From IMG/VR virus record IMGVR_UViG_3300033146_002768, positions 34,305-98,304 of that record: a stretch of DNA of 64,000 nucleotides, one strand, 5' to 3'. Source of the DNA: a virus. Each line of letters starts with the position of its first letter. Within the stretch, counting starts at the first letter, position 1. Under the pieces are notes generated by a model. It was not told the DNA's origin. It saw nothing but the letters and a program-made list of their open reading frames with translations, and searched no databases. The position numbers and the translations under genes are program-made. Below are positions 1 through 9,283 of the stretch, piece after piece.

Positions 1-31
1 TATAATTATAAGTTTAATTGTAATATTTATT

Positions 32-376
32 ATGGTTAGTAATGTACAAGCAGCAGATTGTCTTTCTATAGGTGCTGGAAAAAGTGCTGGTATAAAAAAG
101 ACAGAAGATCATAAGAAAAATTTAAGTAAAGCTCATATGGGTAAAAAATTATCAGATGAACATAAAAAGAGTATAGGCGAATCATGTAAAGGTATACTTG
201 TTGGATCAAAGAACCCAATGTTTGGTAAGACTCATTCTCCAGAAGCTATTGAAAAAATGAGAGAAGCAAATCTTGGAGAAAATAATTATGGTTGGAAAGG
301 TGGTAAAGGTACATATTTACATCAAAAAGCATGGGAAAAATTTGGTGTAGAATATTGTGAACATTGTGTGGTATAA
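32..376 (+). CDS. NUMOD3-repeat DNA-binding protein, probable homing-endonuclease C-terminal region. The ORF is open to the window start and may extend upstream.
   Basis: Repeated H-x-K-x-[LI]-S-x-A/S-x-x-G-K motifs (HKKNLSKAHMGKK, EHKKSIGES, HSPEAIEKMREA) typical of NUMOD3. C-terminal CEHC. No stop codon between position 2 and the ATG at 32. Confidence 0.4.
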   Translation: MVSNVQAADCLSIGAGKSAGIKKTEDHKKNLSKAHMGKKLSDEHKKSIGESCKGILVGSKNPMFGKTHSPEAIEKMREANLGENNYGWKGGKGTYLHQKAWEKFGVEYCEHCVV

Positions 377-511
377 CCTTATTAGAATATAAACAAAATA
401 ATAAATGTAGACTTGAAATGCATTGCACATCTAATCCTAAAGATTATACTATATTGGAAAAATCTAACTGGATGTGTTTATGTAAAAAATGCCATAAAAA
501 GGAGGAAAAAA

Positions 512-1561
512 TTGAAAAATAAAATACAGATAATTTCATGGCTGCTGACCAGGCGCTGTAACTTATCTTGTGATTATTGTGCAATTGTAAAAGATTATAA
601 AAATAAACCTCAAAGTTATCCAGACATGAAACATTATTTTGAAAAGGAGATGAACTCAGAGTATGTAATTAAAACTTTAAGAAGAATTAAAAATCATAAT
701 CCTGATGCTTTCCATATTTTTTATGGAGGTGAACCCTTACTCAGGAAAGACTTAGCGGATATTATTAACTTTTGTAATATTGCTAAAATTCATTATACAA
801 TCATTACAAATAATTCTGATGATATTCAAAAATTAATCGAAGAACTATTAGAAAATGTTGAGTATATTGAAGGTATAACATCATCAGTTGATCCTTTAAT
901 TATGGATAAAACTGCTGATAAGTCGAGTGATAGATATAAAAAATGTGTTGCTGGGCTTGAAAGGTTGCAAGGGTTTAAAGGTAAGATAAAAGATATTGTT
1001 GCAGAGATAACAGTTGATAATAGCAACTTTCAATATTTATATGATTTAGTTAAAATGCTCACTGATATGGGGATTAACAGTGATATAACTACAGTTGATA
1101 TTGCAAAGAATAATTATTATGATTTTTCAAATATTAGAAGTAATAAGAACGCTGACTTAGTTCCGAAGTTGCCAAGCACTATGGCAATGTTTCAAAAGAT
1201 TATTAATGATAAATTAAATGTTCATATGGCTGAGACATTATTACCTCAGATATATGATATTCTACCAGCAGAATTAGATTGTGAATTAGAAAAAAATATT
1301 CATAATATGACTATTGATGCTGATGGAAGCATGCGCATGTGTTTGAGAATTCGTGGAGTATTAACTCCTAACATGAAAGCATATGATTGCATTATGGATA
1401 ATGGAGAATTGCACCCAATATTCAAAGAATTAATTAGTATTGACAAAAGAAATTATTGTTTGGGGTGCAATTGGAGTTGTCCAATTATGAGCCGTTTATT
1501 ATTAAAAGGAGAAGATAATGTTGAATCTTTAGTCCATTATGAAACAAGAAATAAAAAATAA
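512..1561 (+). CDS. Radical SAM enzyme with a C-terminal Cys-rich (SPASM/twitch-like) region
   Basis: CNLSCDYC (CxxxCxxC) about 20 aa from the proposed TTG start at 512. AGGAGG 6 nt upstream. C-terminal CLGCNWSC. The ORF track gives 413 as start, but no RBS there. Confidence 0.7.
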   Translation: MKNKIQIISWLLTRRCNLSCDYCAIVKDYKNKPQSYPDMKHYFEKEMNSEYVIKTLRRIKNHNPDAFHIFYGGEPLLRKDLADIINFCNIAKIHYTIITNNSDDIQKLIEELLENVEYIEGITSSVDPLIMDKTADKSSDRYKKCVAGLERLQGFKGKIKDIVAEITVDNSNFQYLYDLVKMLTDMGINSDITTVDIAKNNYYDFSNIRSNKNADLVPKLPSTMAMFQKIINDKLNVHMAETLLPQIYDILPAELDCELEKNIHNMTIDADGSMRMCLRIRGVLTPNMKAYDCIMDNGELHPIFKELISIDKRNYCLGCNWSCPIMSRLLLKGEDNVESLVHYETRNKK

Positions 1562-2522
1562 ATATTATGTTTATGTTTACTTAAATCCATTTAAACCTGG
1601 TTCATATGAATATTCTAATTATAAATTTTCATATGAACCATTTTATATTGGGAAAGGGTGTGGGAAAAGATTATATGATCATTTAAAAATTGATAAATGC
1701 AATATTATAAAAAATGAAATAATAGAAGAATTATTAGAATACAATAATCCTCCTATTATTATAAAATTTAAAAAATATTTAGATGAAGCAGAAGCATATT
1801 CTATAGAAAAAGATATGATTAATATTATAGGTAGAATTATTAATTCAACTGGTCCATTGTCTAATATTCAACCAGGAGGTAATGGGTTTAAAGGTTGGTT
1901 CATAACTGAAAATTGGTTAAAAAGAAATCGTGAAGGAATAAAAAAACGATGGTTAAAAAAAGAAAATCATATTAATCTTAGTAAATCTTTAAAAAAAGCT
2001 TTTCGTTGTAAAAAAGTTAGAAAAAAAATGAGTGAATTAATGAAACTTGAATGGAAAGATCCTATTAAAAGAGAAAAAAGAATAAAATCCCAAAATACTG
2101 AATATGTAAAAAATAAAAAAAGTATAGCTTCCATTAAAAAAAATAGTTTAACTTGGATATTAATTAGTCCTAAAGGTAAAAGATATAAAACAAATAGATT
2201 AAAAATATTTTGTAAAAAATTTAATCTATCAGTTGAACCTTTACAAAGAGTAGCTATGGCTAAACAATTACATCATAAAAAATGGATTTGTTTTAAATAT
2301 GGAAAAGAATATGAAACAATATGGCTATTAACTTTATTAAGATTAAAAAAAATATTAACTGAAATAAACAGAAGGAGAAAATTAGCAATTACTTCCACAG
2401 GTAGAATTAAAACTATCGAAGAAAAGAATAAAATAGGTTCTTCAACTAAACAAAGATATATTAAATTAAAGAAGGAGACTTCAAATGAAGGAAGATCTAA
2501 AAAAAGTATGTCAGAATTGTAA
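1539..2522 (+). CDS. GIY-YIG homing endonuclease with a Lys-rich DNA-binding tail
   Basis: YVYVYLNP...PFYIGKGCGKRLYDH...E...N matches the GIY-YIG core. Very basic C-terminal half. Confidence 0.7.
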   Translation: MKQEIKNKYYVYVYLNPFKPGSYEYSNYKFSYEPFYIGKGCGKRLYDHLKIDKCNIIKNEIIEELLEYNNPPIIIKFKKYLDEAEAYSIEKDMINIIGRIINSTGPLSNIQPGGNGFKGWFITENWLKRNREGIKKRWLKKENHINLSKSLKKAFRCKKVRKKMSELMKLEWKDPIKREKRIKSQNTEYVKNKKSIASIKKNSLTWILISPKGKRYKTNRLKIFCKKFNLSVEPLQRVAMAKQLHHKKWICFKYGKEYETIWLLTLLRLKKILTEINRRRKLAITSTGRIKTIEEKNKIGSSTKQRYIKLKKETSNEGRSKKSMSEL

Positions 2523-2619
2523 AAGACACAAAAACAATCCCTCAAAATGTAATCTTAAAAATGAATTTGTAGGTAGAAAAAACACCTGCAATGATTTTAA
2601 ATCAAAGTAAGGAGACATT

Positions 2620-2928
2620 ATGGCAGAAGACAATGTATTATCAAGCGCCATTGACTTTTATCAAAAGATAAAAGCAGAGGATGAGGTTAGGATAAAATTT
2701 AGAAAGTTAAGTGGTGAAGAAAGAATTATGAGATGCACCTTAGATTTTTCTAAAGTTCCAAATAATAAAAAACCTAAGGATGTAAATATAGGTAAAATTC
2801 TAAAACTTGTCCAGGATCATAAGATGGTTCATGTATTTGATCTTGATATAGGTGATTGGAGAACTGTACCATTTGATAGAAGTGAATGGTTAGAAACCGA
2901 TACAGCAAGATTTAGAATAAAGAAATAA
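2620..2928 (+). CDS. hypothetical protein
   Basis: 102-aa ORF. AAGGAGA RBS 7 nt upstream. Confidence 0.5.
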   Translation: MAEDNVLSSAIDFYQKIKAEDEVRIKFRKLSGEERIMRCTLDFSKVPNNKKPKDVNIGKILKLVQDHKMVHVFDLDIGDWRTVPFDRSEWLETDTARFRIKK

Positions 2929-2938
2929 AGGAGATCTA

Positions 2939-3298
2939 ATGTCAATTTTAAAAGATCTATTAAAGGAAGTTAAATCATTAAAATTAGATGAACAACTTAG
3001 AGTTATTTGTGATGAAATTTTTAAAGAAGAGGTTCCTGATCCTGATGAATATGAAGGACCACAGGGAGCAAATATCTTTTTGTCAATTCCAGTTGTTATA
3101 CCTCAAAATAAAAAACATGCACATTTTATTTGTTTAGAGAGGGAAGCTGCTGGAGCTTATATTGTTTCTTATTGGAGTAATTTAATTACTACAGAAGCAC
3201 CTCCAAAAAGACATAAGGCATGGGACATAAAAAATGATGATCCACAAAAAATTTTAAAGGAGTTTGTCGAAAGACTACAATTTTTGAAAGGAGAATAA
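2939..3298 (+). CDS. hypothetical protein
   Basis: 119-aa ORF. AAAGGAGA RBS. Confidence 0.5.
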   Translation: MSILKDLLKEVKSLKLDEQLRVICDEIFKEEVPDPDEYEGPQGANIFLSIPVVIPQNKKHAHFICLEREAAGAYIVSYWSNLITTEAPPKRHKAWDIKNDDPQKILKEFVERLQFLKGE

Positions 3299-3302
3299 AA
3301 CT

Positions 3303-5879
3303 GTGAATACAGATGAAGTTATTATAGGTCCTGATTATACAAGTATTATTGCTGGGAATGATGATGTACAAGGATTCCATAGAGACTTGAAAATCGGAGA
3401 AAAAACTGAAGTTCCATTTAATCCTTTATGTAGAAGAAGGACTATTAGAACAAGTGATTTTTATGCTAATTTGAAAAATAAAATTTCACCAACAACTGAG
3501 GTTTTACCTGACGGATGTAAGTTTTTTGATATTAGCACAACTGGTAGTAAAATGTTTGTTATTGAGCAACCGCCAAACATTAGAACCATTAGGGTTGATA
3601 TTGGGATAGAGCAGTTAATTGAAAAATTAAGATTAACTGGTAAATTAAAAGAATATGGATATGAGAATTATAAAAAAGATTTTAAAAGACATAAAGACGG
3701 ATATTATAATTTTCAACTTGCATTTCCATTTGTTGTTTTAATTATTGTATTAAATTCAAGAAATGAAATGTGCGAAATTCAACCATTCTTTAGAACTACA
3801 CCAGTTACAAGTGTATTAGATCATTTATATATAGCACCATTGTATAATGTTCCTACTGAACAAACGATGTGTATGGGGAGTGGTATTAGATCTTACAATA
3901 GTATTTCCGAAACGATTGATAACATTGTTGAACATTTCTGGATAAATGTCTATAACCAAGATTATACAAACAACTTGACTAAATATGGAAAAACTGAAGA
4001 ATACCGAGTTCATGATTATTTAACTTGGGCATACTTTACAAAACAAGATCCGATGTTTGTATTTGATGTCGACTGGATTCCATATCATTTAAAAATAGTT
4101 GATATTTTAAACAATATTAATACGAAGAGAGGTAGAACAAATTCATCTCATGATTCATATAATAGTATTTTTGGATCGGCATTTGAAGCTACATCGACAA
4201 GAAATAATACCAAAGCAATAGTTCATAATACAACATATTCAATGGCAATAAAACAGGGAGTCACAATAACTGTTGGTGATGAAATTTCATACAAAGATGA
4301 AAAGATGTATTTATATTCAATTTTAGCTGATAAAAATGGTTCATATGCAGGAGTTGAACTTGAAAATGAAAAGGGTGAAATTGAACATATAGAGTTTAAA
4401 ACTTTTGAGAAAAACTACAAAAATGCAATTAAAATTGTAAAACTCGATAAAGTTATTATAAACGGTAAGACGCTTAGCGAAGGGGATATTATTTCTTTTG
4501 ATGTTCTTGGAAACACAGTTTATAAAACAGTTCAATCAATCAGACAAGCTAAAGATGGTAGATTGGAAGCACTGATGAATAATGATCACTATCTAATTGA
4601 TAATTTAAAATTTGATATATTCGATTCATCAGCAATAAAAATAAATGGCTTACCTATTGATAAGAAAGGCACGTATCATATGCTTGCTATTCAAGACAGT
4701 AGCTGTCCTCTTTATCAAGTTTATGATTGTAAATTTCATTCACTTAGTGTTGGAAGTGGTAGTAGTATATCAATTAAATTTGAAGCAACAAATGGTAATA
4801 TGTATTACTTGAATCATAAAAATCATTTAGCTGGAACATCTGAATATGAGTTTATCAATAATGATTTAATTGAAATTCCTCCAGTTTTAATGTGGTTTGA
4901 TAAATTAATGACTAATAGAAAGGTAACTGAGTATAACGAACATTTTAAAATTATAAAGGGTCGTGGTATAAGTGTTGGTATTGGAATGAGAGTTAGAAGT
5001 TATTTTAATGGTGGTCAAGAGATATTAAAAACAATATTAATAGAAGACAATACTAGGTTACATATTCCAACTATTGGAACAGATATTGACTTTAGAGTTG
5101 GTGATCCAATTGTTTATGCTGGATGGAAAAATCCAGAAGATATGTTATTGATTTCTTCTATTACAAGATTTGAATATGATGAAAATCGGAATATGTTTTA
5201 TGTTTATAGTATGACTTTGAATAAAAAGAAAGAGTTTAAAATTCCTTTTATTAATTTTGGAAATAATAGAGTTAATGTTGGAATTATTAGGAAAGTTACA
5301 TCAAAATTTGGTACCTGGTCATCTGGTGATAAAATTATTGCTGAAACGCCTGGAGTAACTAACTTTCCTAAAAAGGATGTTAATACTATTATTGCTTTTA
5401 TTGATGATGGTAATGTTAAATATCCATTAGCACTTTGTTCTAACTTATGTACTTTATGGATGAATGATGATACCATGAGCAAGTTTAAAGTACTTAAGTT
5501 TAAATCAGCACCATGGAAAAAAGTTGAGAGTAATTTATTTAATATAGAAAAAATTAAATATCAACATGGTGATATGTTTAGATCTACTCAATATAATTTC
5601 TCATCTATTTATGTTGCTACAAAACGAAATGGATCAAGTTATGGAATGGATCTATCATATTGTAGTAATTATGGAACTATCGACAATGGAGGAGAAGCTA
5701 ATAAAAGCTATCTAGATCGTTCTTTTATAAGATATGGAATTTTAACACCTCGATATGCAACTACATCTTCTCAAGCTTCCAAGATTTCACAAGGATTCCC
5801 GAATATGTTAGGTGGATATTATTTTAACAAGTATGCAGGAACTTACTTTAGAAGTGATCAATTTAAGGAGGATTTTTAA
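3303..5879 (+). CDS. large hypothetical protein (858 aa), GTG start
   Basis: Long uninterrupted ORF. It ends 2 nt before the JAB gene start. No recognisable motifs. Confidence 0.6.
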   Translation: MNTDEVIIGPDYTSIIAGNDDVQGFHRDLKIGEKTEVPFNPLCRRRTIRTSDFYANLKNKISPTTEVLPDGCKFFDISTTGSKMFVIEQPPNIRTIRVDIGIEQLIEKLRLTGKLKEYGYENYKKDFKRHKDGYYNFQLAFPFVVLIIVLNSRNEMCEIQPFFRTTPVTSVLDHLYIAPLYNVPTEQTMCMGSGIRSYNSISETIDNIVEHFWINVYNQDYTNNLTKYGKTEEYRVHDYLTWAYFTKQDPMFVFDVDWIPYHLKIVDILNNINTKRGRTNSSHDSYNSIFGSAFEATSTRNNTKAIVHNTTYSMAIKQGVTITVGDEISYKDEKMYLYSILADKNGSYAGVELENEKGEIEHIEFKTFEKNYKNAIKIVKLDKVIINGKTLSEGDIISFDVLGNTVYKTVQSIRQAKDGRLEALMNNDHYLIDNLKFDIFDSSAIKINGLPIDKKGTYHMLAIQDSSCPLYQVYDCKFHSLSVGSGSSISIKFEATNGNMYYLNHKNHLAGTSEYEFINNDLIEIPPVLMWFDKLMTNRKVTEYNEHFKIIKGRGISVGIGMRVRSYFNGGQEILKTILIEDNTRLHIPTIGTDIDFRVGDPIVYAGWKNPEDMLLISSITRFEYDENRNMFYVYSMTLNKKKEFKIPFINFGNNRVNVGIIRKVTSKFGTWSSGDKIIAETPGVTNFPKKDVNTIIAFIDDGNVKYPLALCSNLCTLWMNDDTMSKFKVLKFKSAPWKKVESNLFNIEKIKYQHGDMFRSTQYNFSSIYVATKRNGSSYGMDLSYCSNYGTIDNGGEANKSYLDRSFIRYGILTPRYATTSSQASKISQGFPNMLGGYYFNKYAGTYFRSDQFKEDF

Positions 5880-5880
5880 T

Positions 5881-7005
5881 ATGTTTCCAATTTGGATGAA
5901 TGATGGAGAAACAGAAATGCCGACAGACGATATATTTTATATCGTAGCGAAAGATGGAATTTATTTGAAGAAGAGTATGGGACATTTTGATACTGTATCA
6001 AAAGTAGATGAAATCTCAATGCTCGGAGAATGTGAATCGTTTGCATTACTCCATGTATCAAAAATTACAACGAGACAATTTGCTCAGATCCTTACTTTAT
6101 TTAGGGAGGTTTATAAAAAATATAAAGCAGAATGTAATGTAATTTTACATTATAACATCAAAAGAAAAAGATATAGAATTGAAGTACCTCGACAGGACGT
6201 ATCAGGAGCAAGTGTTGATTATGCAAATGGTGAAGAATCTTATAAAAATTATATAAGAATCGGAACTATTCATAGTCATGCTAATATGACAGCATTTCAT
6301 TCAGGAACAGATCAGAGTGACGAAGAAGGTTGGGATGGATTACATATCACTCTTGGAAAGATGGATGAAGATTATTTTGAAATATCTTGTTCTGTTATGT
6401 CAAGTGGTGAAAGATTCATGGTTAATCCAGAAGATTACATTGAAGGAGTTGAGCTTATTGAATATGAAGTTCAGCGAAGTTATAAAGTTTATTCGTGGGA
6501 GAAAGGAAAGCAAATTGAGAAACCCCTTGAAAGAAAACTGGGTTATATCACTAATGCCCCTGAGAAAGATTTATGTCATCCAAAGAAATGGATGGACAAT
6601 GTTGATAAACATATACCAAAAGCGGTATCTCGTTATGGTGGTTACAATTATGGACAGTATGGAATGTATGGACATAATTATGTACCTGGTATGTATTCCA
6701 GTAGAAGATCAATAGAAAATTTCTATGATTATACAAATCCAAAAGGAGATGGTTTAACGGTTGGTCAAAATGCATTATTTTCTGATTTGGAAATCGGAGA
6801 CGATGAATGGAATGCTTGTATTCAATGTCCTTATAAAGAACATAAAGTTGGTGCATTAATTGAATCATATTTGAAACAGGCAACAGAAGATGAATTAGCA
6901 GAAATGGGGTTATTTTATCTTGAACTTGCTGATGAAACAGACAATTCTTTTGATGTTAATGAAAATGGTATAGACATAAACAAAGGCACTCAAGCTAAAA
7001 AATAG
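5881..7005 (+). CDS. JAB/MPN+ (JAMM) zinc metallopeptidase, candidate Ubl-processing or deconjugating enzyme
   Basis: JAMM motif E...HSHANMTAFHSGTDQSD (HxHx7Sx2D). Strong RBS AAGGAGG 9 nt upstream of the ATG at 5881. The ORF-track start at 5812 is rejected. Confidence 0.75.
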   Translation: MFPIWMNDGETEMPTDDIFYIVAKDGIYLKKSMGHFDTVSKVDEISMLGECESFALLHVSKITTRQFAQILTLFREVYKKYKAECNVILHYNIKRKRYRIEVPRQDVSGASVDYANGEESYKNYIRIGTIHSHANMTAFHSGTDQSDEEGWDGLHITLGKMDEDYFEISCSVMSSGERFMVNPEDYIEGVELIEYEVQRSYKVYSWEKGKQIEKPLERKLGYITNAPEKDLCHPKKWMDNVDKHIPKAVSRYGGYNYGQYGMYGHNYVPGMYSSRRSIENFYDYTNPKGDGLTVGQNALFSDLEIGDDEWNACIQCPYKEHKVGALIESYLKQATEDELAEMGLFYLELADETDNSFDVNENGIDINKGTQAKK

Positions 7006-7017
7006 GAGATTTAGAAT

Positions 7018-7698
7018 ATGAACATTGTAGTTATAGGATTGGGTGGAGTTGGATCTATACTTTGTGACAATTTAGCCAGATATTTAAATTACTCAGATGA
7101 CTTAAAAGCAACTGTTAATTTAATTGATGGTGATCACTTTGAAGCAAAGAATAGTATTAGACAAACATTTATTAGATTGGGTGACAAAGCTGCAGTCAAA
7201 AAGGCTGAATTAAGTCATAGATTTGATAACGTTAATTTTCTGGATTTCAATGAGTTTATCAATGAAGATAATGTAAGTGCATTGATTCCTGAAGATTCAA
7301 TTGTTTTTATATGTGTTGACAATCATATATCAAGAAAAGTTATTTCTGATCATTGTTCAACACTTCAAAATATTACTGTCGTATCTGGTGGAAATGAATA
7401 TACAGATGGTAATGTGCAACTACATAAACGAGAAGGAGGTAAGAATGTCACTGCGTCATTAACGGAGTATCATCCAGAGATTGAGTACCCCGAGGATCAA
7501 TCTCCAGAAGATATGAGTTGTGAAGAGTTATCACACTCTGAGCCACAGCTATTGTTCACGAATTTAACCGTTGCAACAATAATGTGTTGGGTGTTCTATG
7601 CAATTCATAAAGGTGAAGATGTAACAAAATGTGGCGAAATTTATTTTGACATAACGTCAATGGCTACATTAGCGAAAAAGAGAAATTCTAGAATTTAA
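7018..7698 (+). CDS. E1-like ThiF/MoeB-family adenylyltransferase (first copy)
   Basis: VVIGLGGVGS Rossmann GxGxxG. LIDGDHFEAKNSIRQ aligns with E1 D-x-D-x-V-E-x-SNLNRQ. FICVDNHISRKV aligns with DCTDNxxTR. Confidence 0.7.
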   Translation: MNIVVIGLGGVGSILCDNLARYLNYSDDLKATVNLIDGDHFEAKNSIRQTFIRLGDKAAVKKAELSHRFDNVNFLDFNEFINEDNVSALIPEDSIVFICVDNHISRKVISDHCSTLQNITVVSGGNEYTDGNVQLHKREGGKNVTASLTEYHPEIEYPEDQSPEDMSCEELSHSEPQLLFTNLTVATIMCWVFYAIHKGEDVTKCGEIYFDITSMATLAKKRNSRI

Positions 7699-7729
7699 CT
7701 TAAGAAAAAATTATTTAGGAGAATTAAAC

Positions 7730-8689
7730 ATGACTACCGAAACTATTGAAACTTTGAATACTAAAACAGTTGCACAGCTTAAAGACATCCTTAGAGCAAG
7801 AAAAATCGTTGGGATGTTCAAGAAACCCAAAGCAGTTATTATTAAAGCAATCGTTGATGCTGCTACTTCTGCATCAGTTGCATCTGCAAAACCTGCTATT
7901 AAATCTAAAGCTGCAGTACCTACAAAGATTACTGCTGCAAAATTTAATATGTCAAGTGTTATGACAAAACCCAATGCAAAACCTGGCGACAAAACTACAA
8001 CTACCATTCAGGTATCTTGTGGTGCTAACTCTGCAGATTTCCCTGTTACTGGAAAACCTGTTGGTGCTGTTCAGGAATTTCTTAAAGAAGTTCTTAATAT
8101 CGACAGACTCGCTGAGGGTCAGGTTGCTGGTAAACCTGTTGGTTCTGATTATATCTTGAAAGAAGGCGATGTACTTGAGTTCATCAAACCTGCTGGTCGT
8201 AAGGGTGCTGATGAAACTGCCACATCTCTTGATAAACTAACTGTTGTTGGACTTAAAGATATTCTAAGAGCCCGTAAAATTGTTGGATATTTTAAAGCTG
8301 GTAAAGCTGGAATCATTGCTGCTATCCTTGCTGATACTGCTGCAAAAGCTGATTTCCCTTCTACTGCACCTGCTGCTGTTAAAGCTAAAAATGCTGTACC
8401 TACAAAGATTACTGCAGCAAAATTTAACATGACAAGTGTTATGACAAAACCTAATGCAAAGGTTGGTGATAAAACCACAACTACCATTCAGGTATCTTGT
8501 GGTGCTAACTCTTCTGACTTCCCTGTTGTTGGTAAACCTGTTGGGGCAGTTCAGGAATTCCTTAAAGAAGTCTTGAATATTGATAGACTTGCTGAGGGTC
8601 AGGTTGCTGGTAAACCTGTAGGTTCTGATTATGTACTTGCAGAAGGTGATGTACTTGAGTTTATTAAACCTGCTGGTCGTAAAGGCTAG
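7730..8689 (+). CDS. Tandem-duplicated HeH (Rho_N/SAP-like) plus ThiS/MoaD-like ubiquitin-like beta-grasp polyprotein, 2 x 160 aa
   Basis: Each half has LKDILRARKIVG...K..IIKAI (Rho_N-like helix-extended-helix), an Ala/Lys/Pro linker, then TIQVSCGAN...VQEFLKEVLNI...LKEGDVLEFIKPAGRKG. Compare MoaD ...L.DGDEVAFFPPVTGG. Both halves end in ...AGRKG. Confidence 0.7.
   Translation: MTTETIETLNTKTVAQLKDILRARKIVGMFKKPKAVIIKAIVDAATSASVASAKPAIKSKAAVPTKITAAKFNMSSVMTKPNAKPGDKTTTTIQVSCGANSADFPVTGKPVGAVQEFLKEVLNIDRLAEGQVAGKPVGSDYILKEGDVLEFIKPAGRKGADETATSLDKLTVVGLKDILRARKIVGYFKAGKAGIIAAILADTAAKADFPSTAPAAVKAKNAVPTKITAAKFNMTSVMTKPNAKVGDKTTTTIQVSCGANSSDFPVVGKPVGAVQEFLKEVLNIDRLAEGQVAGKPVGSDYVLAEGDVLEFIKPAGRKG
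7730..8689. repeat. Tandem direct repeat, 2 x 480 bp. The 3' approximately 300 bp of each unit (7907-8206 and 8387-8686) are about 87% identical at the DNA level.
   Basis: Direct comparison of the 7921-8206 and 8401-8686 blocks. The periodicity is exactly 480 nt. Confidence 0.9.
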
Positions 8690-8706
8690 TATTTAAAGTT
8701 GAATAA

Positions 8707-8740
8707 ATTAAGGGGTGGGTTAATTCTCACCCCTTAATTA
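8707..8740 (+). promoter_or_regulatory. Perfect 12-bp inverted-repeat hairpin (AATTAAGGGGTG / CACCCCTTAATT, 10-nt loop) with no U-tract, placed between the Ubl gene and the next gene
   Basis: Read directly from the sequence. Followed by AAAAGGAG and the ATG at 8752. Confidence 0.6.
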
Positions 8741-8751
8741 AAAGGAGAATC

Positions 8752-9234
8752 ATGACTGATATAACTTTAATTGAAGAAACAGAAAAGTATTATCTTGGTG
8801 AAATTGATAATAAAGTAGTAAAGTTATTTAAAATTAATACAAAAGATATGGAGACTAAACGCCAAGAAGAATTGAATATACTTGCTGGATTTTTAGATGA
8901 TGAAAACATAATCAATTTATTAATTCAATGTGATCAAATTATAACTATGCCTCCAACAGTTGATGTTTATATGGAAGTATGCAATGTATTAATTACAAGA
9001 CTTAAAAATATTGAAGAAGAAATTTTAAATAAAGGAAATGCGAGAAACATTTGTTTTCAATATATAAAACAACTTGATCCTTCTTACTATGGAAAAGCTC
9101 AAACTTTTATGAAGAATATAAAATTCTTATATTCAGATTTAATTCAAATAATGAAGTTAATGGAACATAGAGGTTTAACTGATTATAAATTAAAAGATAC
9201 AGAACTTCTAAGTTTTGATAAAATTAAGTCTTGA
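8752..9234 (+). CDS. hypothetical protein (160 aa) within the Ubl/E1 operon
   Basis: AAAGGAGA RBS. No recognisable motif. Confidence 0.5.
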   Translation: MTDITLIEETEKYYLGEIDNKVVKLFKINTKDMETKRQEELNILAGFLDDENIINLLIQCDQIITMPPTVDVYMEVCNVLITRLKNIEEEILNKGNARNICFQYIKQLDPSYYGKAQTFMKNIKFLYSDLIQIMKLMEHRGLTDYKLKDTELLSFDKIKS

Positions 9235-9283
9235 TTTATGAAATTGTATCATATATAATATGAAACAAATTGGAGTGAATGAA

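Noticed and set aside
413-511. ORF-track start at 413 for the first radical SAM gene, and similarly 5812 for JAB, 9260 for E1b, 21586 for ZF paralog 1, 60997 for the third radical SAM, 20040 and 10628
   Set aside because: Downstream in-frame starts have canonical GGAGG-type RBSs at correct spacing and give the expected N-termini. The upstream extensions lack an RBS or lie inside hairpins.
6317-6883. ORFs 6317-6715(+) and 6551-6883(-) inside the JAB gene
   Set aside because: Out-of-frame or antisense to a motif-supported CDS. Low-complexity translations.
7711-8487. Antisense ORFs 7711-8007(-) and 8149-8487(-), and alternative-frame ORFs 7770-7964 and 7974-8159(+), inside the Ubl gene
   Set aside because: They start with the same peptide (MVVVVLSP...) only because they are mirror images of the 480-bp tandem repeat. 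There is no RBS, and they overlap a well-supported gene.
7730-8689. The tandem repeat as a CRISPR or other non-coding array
   Set aside because: Only two units, 480 bp each, fully coding in one frame, with no spacer-repeat architecture.
7730-8689. The Ubl/E1 pair as ordinary MoaD/MoeB or ThiS/ThiF cofactor biosynthesis
   Set aside because: No MoaE, ThiG, ThiH or cysteine desulfurase partners are in the operon. The HeH fusion, tandem duplication, JAB peptidase and the two E1s are atypical for cofactor pathways. This is kept as an alternative in the findings but not as the primary call.
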